From NCBI RefSeq assembly GCF_902459465.1, contig NC_047067.1, positions 4,588,001 to 4,652,000 on the forward strand: DNA of 64,000 nt, in the 5' to 3' direction. This document shows positions 12,801 through 24,804 of this stretch, piece by piece (position 1 is the stretch's first letter; each line of letters opens with the position of its first letter). The notes below the pieces were generated by a model, which was not told the origin of the DNA, ran no database searches, and worked only from the letters and a program-made list of their open reading frames with translations. Origin of the DNA: Asterias rubens (lineage: Eukaryota). A program made the position numbers and the translations under genes.

Positions 12801-15800
12801 GACCCAAAGAAACCTCACTCAGATCAAGTTTGGCCCCCACACAAGATTTTTCATACATGTCACGGTGGGATGTTTTGGTGTGTCTCCTCAAGCCTTGTCG
12901 GTATAGAAACCGGCAAACACAGTGAGGACATTGATGATACGCGATCAATGGTTTAGGTTCACCTCTTGTATGGTTATGTGTCTTACTTTTAGGGGAAGAA
13001 TGGGGAGGTTCATCTGAGTCTGTCACTTGAGATTTGGTCCCTGCTTGAGATTTGTCATACTCGTCACTGTGGGATTTTTTGGTGTGTCTCCATAAGCCTT
13101 GTCTGTATAGAAACCGGCAAACACAGTGTTTACACTGAAATGTTTTCCTTCCTTTGGCTTTTTCTTCTAAACGGTCATGTGTTGTACATTTTTCAGCAGG
13201 AGGTTGAGAAAGGACAAGCGGACTTGCGATTTGTGGTTCTGGTTCTTTTCCACTTTCTGGTTCTCGTTCTTTTCCGCTTTCTGGTTCTTTGCTTGTTTCT
13301 CCTTCACCTGACAGCTCTGTACTATCAAGGGATACCTTGTACTCTTGTTTGGATGCATCTTCAGGATGAGACTCTGACAGAGATAGACCTGCTGGTTTGC
13401 AGCTGCTTCCATCACTAGACAATTCAACAGTTGTCCCTTTGGAGACCTCATTTTCATGTTCGATCGCCACAAGAGATTCTGGTATACCCTTAGGGATTAT
13501 AGGCTTCAGCATACTAGGACCTTCTTCAGGCGTCAGCATACCAGGACCTTCTTCAGGCTTCAGCATCCTAGGACCTTCTTCAGAAGTGTTGGAGCTGCGT
13601 TTTGTATTTAACAAATTGGTTGTACACTCCTTTGACTGGACAAACTTCCTACGTCCCAAAATAATGTCAAGGTCAGATATCATTCTAGGATGTGACCAAA
13701 GGTAATGGTGCCTCAAAAAAATAGGCCTGGTAGATCTGTAGCAACAATGCTTACAGACAAGGGACTGTTTTGATCCATGTATAATTTCTACCCGACTTCT
13801 CGACGACCACTTTTGCTGCTTACACCAAGTATGTATAGGCCTACGTATTTTTCCATTGAAACTGCAGCTCTCTTTTATATTCTGATGCACCTCTCTCAAA
13901 GCACAATTTCTGTGAAAAAAAACATATAAAACTTTACGTTATGCCAGTCAAAAACATGACCATAGTCTGGGAGCTGTTGAATCAACAAGCCCCCCCCCCC
14001 CCCCGCCTCCCACCCTTGGGGACCAAGTCAGAATGTACTTCACAGAGGCAACAATGGCGATTGCTTCCATGCCCCAAGGTCATTGCCTTGGTACCCTTAA
14101 AATGCTCCATGAGTAGAAACTTCCTCATAGGATAAAATGCTTTGGTGTCATTGCCTTTTAAAAACTGAATCATGCAGGCCTGCCAAGTCATGCATTTATG
14201 TAGATCACTAAGGTTTTTTAAAATGTGTTGAAACTTAAAGGCAGTGGACACTTTTGGTAATTACTCAAAATAATTATTAGCATTAAACCTTTCTTGGTAA
14301 CAAGTAATGAGGGAGAGGTTGATAGTATAAAACATTGTGAGAAACGGCTCCCTCTGAAGTAATGTAGTTTTCGAGAGAGAAGTAATTTTTCACGAATTTG
14401 ATTTCGAGACCTCAAGTTTAGAATTTGAGGTCTCGAAATCAAGCATCTGAAAGCACACAACTTCGTGTGACAAGGGTGTTTTTTCTTTCATTATTATCTC
14501 GCAACTTTGATGAACAACTGAGTATGCATATGTTGAGATACACCAACTGTGAAAACTAGTCTTTGACAACTACCAATTAGTGTCCAGTGTCTTTAAGAAA
14601 TGCGATCAATTGAGACAGGCTTGACAACACTTTTGTCAGTCTCTGGTTCATTGTTGTAGACTTATAACATTCTGATCTCTTTTTGTTATACTGTTGAAAT
14701 GTTATTCAAGGCATATCTAACACAAGCCCCGCTTTTTGGATTTTGCCTTCACTGTTATTTTTACAATAAGATATTATATTATTTGCTTGTACTTTTTGTC
14801 GTATAAATAAATGTTACATTGAATTGAAACATACCTTCTTTGAACTGGACGTTCGGTAGAGTCCAATGCTGGAACTTGAGAATTCTGTACATCAAGGGTT
14901 GGGGATATTTCTGCAATAATAAGGAATCAAATACATCATGAGTATCATTCAGCATGACTTAAGCATAACTTTTAAAACTGCATGTTCAACAGTGACAGTA
15001 CATGTTAGGAGAAAATCAAACTTATGGGAAACCGTTGTTCTTGTATTATGTGAGTTCATCTACTCAGAACTCAACTGAGCGAAGATTGGTGATATAATGT
15101 ATGATTTTATATTTTGTATTGCCTACTGTATATTATATTGATAATGCTTAAAAATGGCACTTGGTCCATTGAACAACTTGAGCCCAATTTCCACTTAAGA
15201 AATCTAAATCCACTCTTAGAACAAAATAAAAAAATAATAAATAAAAGGCCCTCATTGTCCTCTTTTTGGAAAAACCCGGACGATCAACTGATAGTTTTTT
15301 TACTTGACCTTATATATTATAGGATCAGAGTGTTGTAGTGGGATGATAGAGTACCAGGCCTAACCTGTATGCTTCATTTTTGAAAGGCCAGTGGCACCAA
15401 GGCGTTTTCTCCTTGGTAAAGGACATCCAATTAGGAAATAGATGAACATTTCTACTGGAGCATTTCAAGGGCATCAACACCAGGGGGGGGGCATTCAGGT
15501 CTGGCCAGCAGCCGATTTTATGAAACGCTAGGACTAATCCTAACTCAAGTTAGGACGAGTAACCCGTCCTAACTAAGGATGGATTCAATGCATCCTACGT
15601 ATTCGGATACGGAACTGACCCGTCTTAAGTCCTAAGATTAATCCTATAGTTAGGAAGAGTTTGGTGAAGTCGACGGCTGGAGACTGCACAACTTGCCTCT
15701 GTTTATATTGTTTTCTTTGGGCTGATCATCTGATCCATGGAAAGGCTGGATGTGACGGGAGCTGGAAGAATCTTCATCTTGACTGGCGAGTGTGAGGGTA

Positions 15801-16953
15801 GAACTAGAAATTGTGTCAATGTCACCATGTTGGTAAGAGTTTTGGCTGGTTGAAAGTTGGCCAGTAAGACTGTCATGGCTTGTCAAACTCTGGGAAGGTT
15901 CAACTTCGCAAGTTGGACTCTGGAGAGGGTCACAGTGAACGGAAGTCTTGAACTTGTCACTGAGACCTCTGTGAAAAGGAAAAGGATATATTTTTTTTTA
16001 CAACTTGACTGCCAAAAGTTATTATAAAGAATAATGGGAATGTCTATCTCAGTGGATTAGAAGGGTAAATTTTTCTGGTTGATCATTAAAATCATCAGCA
16101 GCTTGGTTTTTACTTTTTTTAGGCGCGCTGTTTGAAAGAAAAAACAGAATCCTTTGACTCAAGTAAAATCATTTTACAAACTGATTATTCTATAAATTAT
16201 CACAGGCCTTGAACTTTGCTCTTGAATCAATTGAATAGATAACATTGCGATTCCAGCCTTGCTGATTTTTCCCAGTTGTCAAAAGGGAAGGGGGGGGGGG
16301 GGCAAGCGATTTACAATACCCATTTTTTTCTTCCCACAAGTAGTTTATTTATTAATAATATAAAAACAATAAACATAAGTCTATTTTTAAGATAAAATTG
16401 TGTAAATTATATTTTTTTAATACAAATTATCATATAGATTTAACAAGCATATGAAATAACATTCTTGTTTGTTTCTTTCAACATTAAACAATAAAACATG
16501 TACCTCCATGAATGAAATGAGGAATAATTAGTTAAAAAAAATATTTAAAAAATAACTAAGTCAAGTGCTATTAATCAATTGCTGAAAAATGAGAAGGCAC
16601 ACTTACTGCAATGAGTTGTGACCATTAAGTAATAGTTTATCGAAGCTACAAATTTTACATTCTTTCCTTCCACTGTCAATGACAATGTCAGTATGGTCAG
16701 TGGAATGCACTGAAAGCAAGTGCATCATGGCCTCGTCATTCGTGGAAAAACCACTTCGACTTCGGTAATCAGTCCACTCGCCGTATGCCTTGGAGTCTGA
16801 GAAAAGGACGCTCGACTCATTTTGCACGGACGTTTTCTTCTTAACATCTGATCTTGTCCAACTAATTTGATTCAGGCCAGCAGGAATAACAGTGTTCATG
16901 TCCATGTTTACTTCTGCACATGCTTCTGCACTACATACAACAAGCTCCGTCAT
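9844..16953 (-). CDS. Large C2H2 zinc-finger gene B with 9 dispersed fingers (~1586 aa)
   Basis: Exons 16953-16607 (ATG uncertain; the frame is open further upstream), 15968-15697 (ends at GC donor AG|GCAAGT), 14910-14835 and 13909-9844 (4066 nt, TAA). Phases 2/1/2 are consistent; total 4761 nt. Fingers include CKHC..HYLWSH, 6x [YFH]QC[PK][HY]C..RQxxWRH..H, CPHCEQ..HIKQKH and CPKC..HVSKKH. No TGEKP linkers. Confidence 0.88.
13510..13592 (-). repeat. 27-bp coding tandem repeat x3 (EEGP[RGS]ML[KT]P) in gene B
   Basis: cttcagcat(a/c)c(t/c)aggaccttcttcagg repeated three times. Confidence 0.8.
14235..14596 (+). mobile_element. TTAA-flanked ~370-bp MITE copy
   Basis: ttaaaggcagtggacac ... gtgtccagtgtctttaa; lies in an intron of gene B. 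Confidence 0.85.
15509..15679. mobile_element. Harbinger-like foldback MITE (GATTTCACAAA...TAGGAC family)
   Basis: cagccgattttatgaaac ... gtgaagtcgacggctg with internal TAGGAC/GTCCTA motifs; similar to 62191-62352. Confidence 0.6.
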
Positions 16954-17250
16954 TATGAATTGACTGTTCCCACGATTTCTGAAAAGAGTCGAATGTATGG
17001 CGCGCACATCTGGTTAAGTTGGTAGCGCCAAAGAGTTTCTCGTTGATCAACACAATCAACTTGTTATCACAGGCGAAGCTAGCAACGGGTGCTTCCATTG
17101 AAACCGAAATGTTACATTAAATAAGCGTTTTGGGTAAAAGCATTGCTCAAATACTTATTTTATATCACAACAGCAGGCATGATAATTTTTTCATTTTTTT
17201 AACTACGTTAACCTCACTAATTTTACACCGATGCTTGTTACAAAACTCGG

Positions 17251-18299
17251 CCGTCTGCTGTCAATCCCCACTGACCGAATATATCACGTATTTCTCTGTC
17301 ATTCTGTGGCTTATGTACATATTGCTCATCCACATAATGACACCACTTGTACATGAGGCAGGTTTTTCTCGTTTGGCTCAAACTTCTCTTTCTAATTCTC
17401 TCCCCTTTTGTCGCTCTTGTTAAAATGTAGCCTTTAGTCAAGGCGCACGCGGCACACCGGGTAGCACGCACAGCCCCAAAAATGTAACGCACGAAAAAAG
17501 ATTATCACCGCGAGCGGCGTAGCCGCGAAGCGCCTTTACCAACTCGTTTTGGGGGCCTTATGATTTTCTTTACATTTGCCAACGATTTTGGTGGGAGAAA
17601 ATGTAACGAATTTGCATCGAACAGTCTTGTGACGTCATGCAAGTAATTGTGGCTTCTTATTGGCCAGCAACTCACCACGCAAATGCATTATGCATTACAT
17701 TTTTTCCCACCAAAGTCGTTGGCAAAAATGTAAAGAAAAACATAAGGCCCCAAAACGTAATAAAGGCGCTCCGCGGCTTTGCCGCTCGCGGTGATAGTCT
17801 TTTTTCGTGCGTTACATTTTTTGGGTTGTGCGTGCCATCCAGTGTGCCGCGTGCGCCTTGACTAAAGGCTAGTTAAAATGTTGCTCACTAATAGCTGATA
17901 CAAAAGCTAAGTCAAGTTATATTTTCCTCCTGGTAATAACTTTTAGTCCGGGATAAATCCATATTTGTTAAAAGTTTAATTCCTCTTGAAGGAGTCAAGA
18001 AACGGACGACCCTGCCATGCATTATATGCACTCCACGTTTAAGTGTACAAACACAATTAAGAATTCGTAGGGGCGACTGTCGGAGACTGATCCGCAATAT
18101 TTGGAGTCGTATGACATTAACCTATATCAATGATTTATCCCGGACTAAAAGTTCTCGGGAGGAAAATATAACTTGACTAAACTATAACTTTTGTATCATC
18201 TATTCAATTTAGTGAGCAACATTTTAACAAGAGCGACATAGAGGGGAGGGAAAACGAAGTTGAGCCAAACGTCCGCCAAAAGCTGATTGACAGCAGACC
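17251..18299. mobile_element. Degenerate foldback element whose left arm is interrupted by a younger MITE
   Basis: Left arm (~17251-17427 plus 17881-17960) is the reverse complement of ~18135-18299 (e.g. gtcgctcttgttaaaatgttgctcact vs agtgagcaacattttaacaagagcgac). Confidence 0.65.
17428..17871. mobile_element. 444-bp foldback MITE with TAGCC...GGCTA termini and 9-bp TSD (Academ/Mutator-type)
   Basis: Terminal 27 bp TAGCCTTTAGTCAAGGCGCACGCGGCAC are perfectly inverted; arms ~190 bp; TSD GTTAAAATG at 17419-17427 and 17872-17880. Confidence 0.9.
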
Positions 18300-19602
18300 T
18301 TGCCCTGGATCGGATCAGTATTGGGCCGGCAAAAAGATCGAGTCTTCATCAAGACAGGGCCACCAATTGCACCAAAAGCAATATAATAGAATGGGTACAA
18401 TATTCTACATAAATACTGAATTTGCCTAGCAAACACGGGCGGGGAAACAGGAATTACAGGCCTCATTATTGCGAGACCAAAAAATGTCTTTTTTGTGTGT
18501 AGAAAGATGCAAGGCGCCCAAATTAATGTCTTCATAAAATAATTGGTCCTCACGATCAATTGTCTCGAACACGGACACAATTCACTCTTCCCTACTACAC
18601 ACAAAATTGTGTTTCGTGTCTCTTGCATGACGAATGTTGCAGCCGCTAGATAATGGTACAAGGGTACATGCACTGTCAACAATGATTCTCGCGCATCCCA
18701 AACAAATATTTCTTTTGGACATCCGGCCTCCTGTTGTGACATTTTTTATGTGAATTGCGTTAGGTTATCGTACCGATCGTTTCTCAGACTACAAACACGA
18801 AACGGGAAAGTCCCGAAATAAAAGGCCTATAATAAATTCAGACACGGAAATCTCTGCACAGGAAGCAAAACACACAAAACGCATTATTTACGGTGAGAAA
18901 AAAACAATAAACGGAGTTTTTCGAACAACAGTGTTTATCAGATTGTTCACCAGGGAAAAACCGTGTTCACCGAGATATACTTTATTTATCAAGCGATATA
19001 GACATTGGAGTTTCTCGAAAAAGAATATATTGCGCGCACAGAAAACACAGTTTATGGCGCAATGTTTATCGAATTTTGGGCATTTGGCTTGCCATATCTA
19101 ATATCCGGTTGGGGTCGATGACCGACCTAGCAAATGGCTGCTTCCTGTGTCCTGTTTTATTGTGCACAAAACTGCAGCCCTAACGGCAACGTCGTCTTTG
19201 TGTTCCGTCCCAACTTGATAATCGTCCCAACTATATAGTTGGGACTGGTCCCAACTTGAGTGCTAAAGTTGGGGCGTCCCAACTATATAGTTGGGACAGT
19301 ATAGTTGGGACAGTAATGCTCGGCATGGGACCGGTCGGTGGTAGACTGCTTCATGGTGTGGGCTAGTCTTGAAATCAAGTCGGTAATTGTTTGTGGCTGG
19401 AGAGTGGCGGTGCGTAGTAGAAGGGTTTGAGTGGGCAAATTAATTATTCTCAAGAAATTCTTAATATAGTTTTATGTTGAAAATTACAGTGTTACGCGTT
19501 TGAGCCTACTTGTACAAATAGAGATGAACTTGAAACAAACAAATAAACATGCCTATGCATGGGCCAAGACAACTTGAACAAGCGAGGTCAAGTTATTTCT
19601 AC

Positions 19603-20500
19603 AGTTGGGACTGCGGGTCCCAACTAGAGTAATGACTGTCCTAACTGTACCAATGACTGTCCCAACTATAGTTGAGACCATCTCTACCTGATAAAATATT
19701 ATAAAATAAATTTGGTCTATCCCCACTACAGTTTGGACAGTCATTACTCTAGTTGGGACTACGGGTCCCAACTAGAGTACTGACTGTCCTAACTGTACCA
19801 ATGACTGTCCCAACTATAGTTGAGACCATCTCTACAAAATAAAATATTATAAAAAAAATTTGGTCTATCCCCACTACAGTTGGGACAGTCATTGCTACAG
19901 TTGGACTGGGGGTCCCAACTAGAGTAATGACTGTCCCAACTGTACCAATGACTGTCCCAACTATAGTTGAGACCATCTCTACAAAATAAAATATTATAAA
20001 ATAAATTTGGTCTATCCCCACTACAGTTGGGACAGTCATTACTCTAGTTGGGACTGCGAGTCCCAACTAGAGTAATGACTGTCCTAGCTGTACAATGACT
20101 GTCCCAACTATAGTTGAGACCTTGTTGAGACCATCCCTACCAGATAAAATATTATAAAATAAATTTGGTCTATCCCCACTACAGTTGGGACAGTCATTAC
20201 TACAGTTGGGACATGGGGTCCCAACTAGAGTAACGACTGTCCTAACTGTACTAATGACTGTCCCAACTATAGTTGAGACCTTGTTGAGACCATCCCTACC
20301 AGATAAAATATTATAAAATAAATGTGGTCTATCCCCACTACAGTTGGGACAGTCATTACTACAGTTGGGACCCCACTAGAGTAACGACTGTCCCATCTTC
20401 TATGAGGAGACCATCCCTACCACTCAGCTAAAATAATTATCAACCCGGGCCCGGGCCTATCCCACTACACCGAGTTGGGACAGTCAACCCATTGGTACAG
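19603..20500. repeat. Tandem array of ~6 units of 147-159 bp rich in GTCCCAAC/GTTGGGAC
   Basis: Unit starts at ~19603, 19751, 19899, 20046, 20204 and 20363; the same octamer forms the outer TIR. Confidence 0.9.
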
Positions 20501-20507
20501 TTTGGAA

Positions 20508-20578
20508 TAGTCTTGGCCCAAGACTATGGTGCTTGATTCTGGACCAGAATCAAGCACCATAGTCTTGGGCCAAGACTA
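20508..20578. repeat. Perfect 71-bp palindrome (35-bp arms, 1-nt loop)
   Basis: TAGTCTTGGCCCAAGACTATGGTGCTTGATTCTGG-A-CCAGAATCAAGCACCATAGTCTTGGGCCAAGACTA; a third copy of the arm is at 30650-30684. Confidence 0.95.
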
Positions 20579-21330
20579 GTCGACTCCCGGCGCGGCCCCG
20601 ACAGTGTGAAGTTGGTTTGTCGACGATTTATTGTTGTATGGTGGCCATAGACATGGCAGCAAACAGTCGTACACCAGCGCCGAGCAGAGGAGGAGTGCCA
20701 GTAAACAGTCGTATGTACAACAAACTAGCAAAATGGCGACTAACTGTTTTTTTTGCAAAAGAACAAACTTCCTAATTAAACATAAGATCAAATCAATTCT
20801 AACACAAGAGAGTGCGATCAATTGTCTTAATTTGACAAATCTCGAATTTGAAGAAGGTATCATGTGCCCAGAATGCAGAAAAGTGGTATATTTCTACGGA
20901 AGAAAAATTAAAAAAAAAAGAAAAAAAAGTATTGGGTTTGTAAACTTTGTGGTTAGGATAATGATTAAACCAAATACGAAGATCGACTTTCAAAACGGAA
21001 TTCCCAAGAATCTAACAGACTCCACCACACAGCAGCCACACAGCCATGAAGGAGAAGGAGGAGAAGGAGAATCAAGGGTATGTATTCTGTTTACTCCAGT
21101 CCAGAACTCGTCGTACGAAACCCACCAATTCAATACCCAGCCTTGAACACCCAGCAGGGTGGATATGTGCGCATTACAAGTGTTACTATTATTATTATTA
21201 TTATATTAATAGCCCCACTTGAAGACCTGTGTGGCCAAGGCTACCTTCTATTCTAGCAAGCATTCAGCTAGCCCTGGCGGCCTTACACTTTCGTTTTGTA
21301 CTACAGTGACGTCCTGGACATCAGGGTACA

Positions 21331-23034
21331 TTTCTGGGGCGGAAAATTTTCACAGCTTCATAACTCAAATCTTACCTGCAAGAGAGCACCAATTTCAACA
21401 GATTCACATTCCATGGCAGCATATGTTTTTCTGCGGTGGGTTTTGATCGTAAGTTATTCTTCACAAATCCATCATTTTCATGAAACTACTCTAACGTAAA
21501 GCCTTCGACCGAGTTCCACACCAGAGGTTACTGACTAAACTACGATCACATGGGATAGGTGATTCAACTGCTGCTTGGATTAAGGCATGGCTGTCTGACA
21601 GACAACAGAGGGTGGTGGTGAACGGGGCCCAATCGGAGTGGTCAGGAGTTAAAAGCGGTGTCCCCCAAGGTTCTGTTCTTGGCCCGTTGTTGTTCATCAT
21701 CTACATCAACGACATTGATGAGGATATCTTGAGTTCGGTCCTGAAGTTCGCTGACGACACCAAGGTCTTCAGAAAAGTGAAAACCCCAGCAGATGCTCGC
21801 GCTCTTCAGGACGACCTCGATCGCCTTTACCGGTGGTCTGATGACTGGCAAATGTTATTTAATATTGACAAATGCAAGTGCCTCCACTTCGGGCATAGTA
21901 ACATCAAGCACAACTACTCCATTGGTGACAGTATAATTCAGACAGTAAGTGAAGAAAGAGATCTTGGGGTAATCATCCATCAGTCACTAAATGCAAGTAC
22001 CCACTGTGCAAAGGCAGTCAAAAGCGCATTCAGAGCCCTGGGGCTAATCAACAGAACCATTACGAACAAAGACAAAACAACAATCATCAGACTGTACAAA
22101 GAACTGGTTAGACCACACCTAGATTACTGTGTTCAGGCGTGGAGGCCTCATCTTCAAAGGGACATTGACCTAATAGAAAGAGTGCAAAAGAGAGCATTGC
22201 GAATGATTGGAGGTCTATCTCACCTAGACTACGTTCACAGACTCAGGGAAGTGAAATTGACCACCCTGGAGTGCAGGAGGCTGCGAGGAGATCTTATCGA
22301 GACCTTTAAGATACTCAGGGGCCTTGAGGGCTTGAACCCTGAACACTTCTTTGATTTGTCAACCATGCAGCACAGGGGTCACCAACTTAAACTGTACAAA
22401 TCAAGATCCAACCTCAACCTCAGGAAGTTCTGGTTTACCCAGAGAGTGGTCAACTACTGGAACATTCTCCCTCGAAAAGCAATTGAAGCTTCAAGTGTGA
22501 ACATTTTCAAGGGACATGTGGATAAATTCCTAAAGAACGTCGGGGGGCTCTACATAAGCTTATCTAAGCTGTCTGCCCCAGTAACCAGAACCACCGTCTC
22601 CTCCCCAGTTGTGTGATAGCGTCGGTGGATTCAAGTAAGTTCAAGTAAGTTAACAACAGTCTGCCGTGTGTATGCAAGACGCACGACGTGCAAATGTTGA
22701 ATTGTGTTTCGTGTTAACGCTGTGCAGCCAAGATACGGTGACCAAGAATTCATGCTTCTAAGCTAAGCTTGCATCATGCGTCTTGCGTGTGAATGTAACG
22801 CTTACGCACGACAACAGACAACACTGTAGTGTGAGAAAACAATCGAAACTGAAATTTTTTAACGTTAGAAGCTGCATTATTTCACAAAAATGACGGATTT
22901 GTGAGGAAAATATGAGGACCAAAACCCACCGCAGAAAAATATATGCCGCCATGGAATTTGAATCTGTTGAAATTAGTGGCTTGTTGCAGGTAAGATTTGA
23001 GTTATGAAGCTTTGAAATTTGTCCGCCCCAGAAA
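21331..23034. mobile_element. Foldback MITE (~170-bp arms) split by a CR1 insertion
   Basis: 21331-21497 is the reverse complement of 22862-23034 (tttctggggcgga...ctaacgt / acgttag...tccgccccagaaa). Confidence 0.75.
21498..22651 (+). mobile_element. 5'-truncated CR1-clade LINE (RT C-terminal half, open frame 21498-22616)
   Basis: KAFDRVPHQRLLTKL...SGVPQGSVLGPLLFIIYINDI...KFADDTK...RDLGV...RPHLDYCVQAW...FTQRVVNYWN. Short 3' UTR ends in (TTCAAGTAAG)x2. No stops over 372 codons. Confidence 0.92.
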
Positions 23035-24543
23035 CAGGCCTTAATAGTTAGGACTCTGTATCTGTGTACAGAGGAAGAGTCCTATATAGGGCTAGCATTC
23101 AGCTAGCCTTGGCCACGCAAGTGGGGCTAACCTAGACCCAGTAACCTTGTATTGGTTATGACAGAAAATGTCAAATTTTCAAAAAAGGAATACAGCGCCC
23201 CAGTTACTGGGTCTAGGTTTTGGTAGGTTTCGTATTTTGGTATTAACCGGGCGGGGCGCTGTAGTGTGTAGGCCTACTCCTTATTTCGAAATTTTTCGTT
23301 GGTTTACTCATCAGCAGAATCCACAAGTTTGGACGTAAAGCTATGGGTGGTTGATTGGTGCTCAAGCAGTAGGAATAAGTGACTCCAGGTTAACGAAAAG
23401 GGCCTGAACTTGAAGAAAAAAGTGCTATAGGGATAGGCCTACGTGTAATATACATGTGTAAATGACGCTGGCAATACAACTGTGCTGTGCAGGACATCAG
23501 ACAGGGTGGTGCAAGTAGACACTGTCTAAAACTCATATCAAACCGCCATATGTCACCCGGTTTTCTAACGCACAATTAATGGGTCACAAGATCTGGGTCA
23601 CGAATGACCACAAACAAATAGCGCCCTTTTAGCGGTCCTGGCGCTCACTACCTTACTCACGAAAGTACTAGTGGAGAAATAAATATTTGAATATCCGGTG
23701 AATTTCGAATAGTTGATCAACAGTTAACCGAATATCAAATTTCACTATCCACCCAGAACAATGTCGCTTTTGTCGCCCCCACAATGTCGCCCCCCACCAG
23801 AGCCGACCCCGACAAAGTCACCCCCAGTTCAACCTGTTATTGCTCCATTGTTCAAACTGATTATAGAAATTTGCCATTGAACTCTTGTACATAACATTAC
23901 AATGTGAATGTAGGTCGTAAGGTCGCATAGTGTTTATCTGTCGACTGCAAGAGGGCCCTCGCAAAATTTTATGTAGCACTTTCGTAGACCTTTTCACAAA
24001 TACCCATTGCGCAAGTGCTTACTTTTAAACGATAAAACTTGAGTGCTAACTAGACCAGCAAGCACCTCATTCAACAGGTGTCTGTGGGCGTGGTATACGC
24101 GATTGTCGTCTGCACAGATTTAACGTTCCGTCACAGTGTCACTTCTGTGTGCAGTAGTTTCTGAAAAGGGACTTCTAAATAGGAGCCCCTAATCCAACTC
24201 GGAAGCAATTGCAAACTTGACTGCGCAGAAGTGACAGAATGCCAATATAAAGTTGTGCAGAAAATATTAGGTTAACCCTACAACTGTTACAAAAATTTGT
24301 GAGAGCCACCCCCCCCCCCCCCCAGATTAAACCATACGTTTTTTATGTCCAAAGTCAAACTGAACATTTTATGTTCTTTTTCTAAAGGAATAGTTTTAAA
24401 TCGTCTATCATTTTGCATAAAAAAAGATTTCTCAATTCCACTAACTAAAATGTTCTTTGTTTAGTGCAGGCATTCAATTAAAATTATTGCACTACTGTTG
24501 TACATCATTTAGGCTTTATGTTCCAAGTCATGTTAAGTGGGGC

Positions 24544-24804
24544 TTAAAGGCACTGAACACGTTTGCTAGTTGTCAAAGACCAGTGTTCTCACTGTTGGAT
24601 GAATTTGTGTGCTTTCAGATAGGAATAAAAGACTTCCTGCTAGAAGTCTTTTAATGTTTTAGTGAGAAATTACCTCTTTCTCAAAAACTAAGTTACTTCA
24701 GAAGGAGTCGTTTCCCGCAATGTTTTATATTACCAACGCTCCAATGCTCGTTACCAAGTCAGTTTTTTTATGTTTTGAGTACCAAACGTGTACCTTCCCT
24801 TTAA
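24544..24804 (-). mobile_element. Internally deleted copy of the TTAA MITE family
   Basis: ttaaaggcactgaacac ... gtgtaccttccctttaa with family interior fragments. Confidence 0.65.

Noticed and set aside
18224-18742. 172-aa minus-strand ORF
   Set aside because: Overlaps a foldback arm; no motif or coding-like composition.
19553-20066. ORFs 19553-19771 and 19749-20066 with repeated peptides
   Set aside because: They are translations of the ~150-bp tandem array; no splice or start context.
20544-20580. Helitron 3' end (hairpin followed by CTAG-T)
   Set aside because: The CTAG is part of the palindrome itself, the copy at 30684 lacks it, and no Rep/helicase sequence is present.
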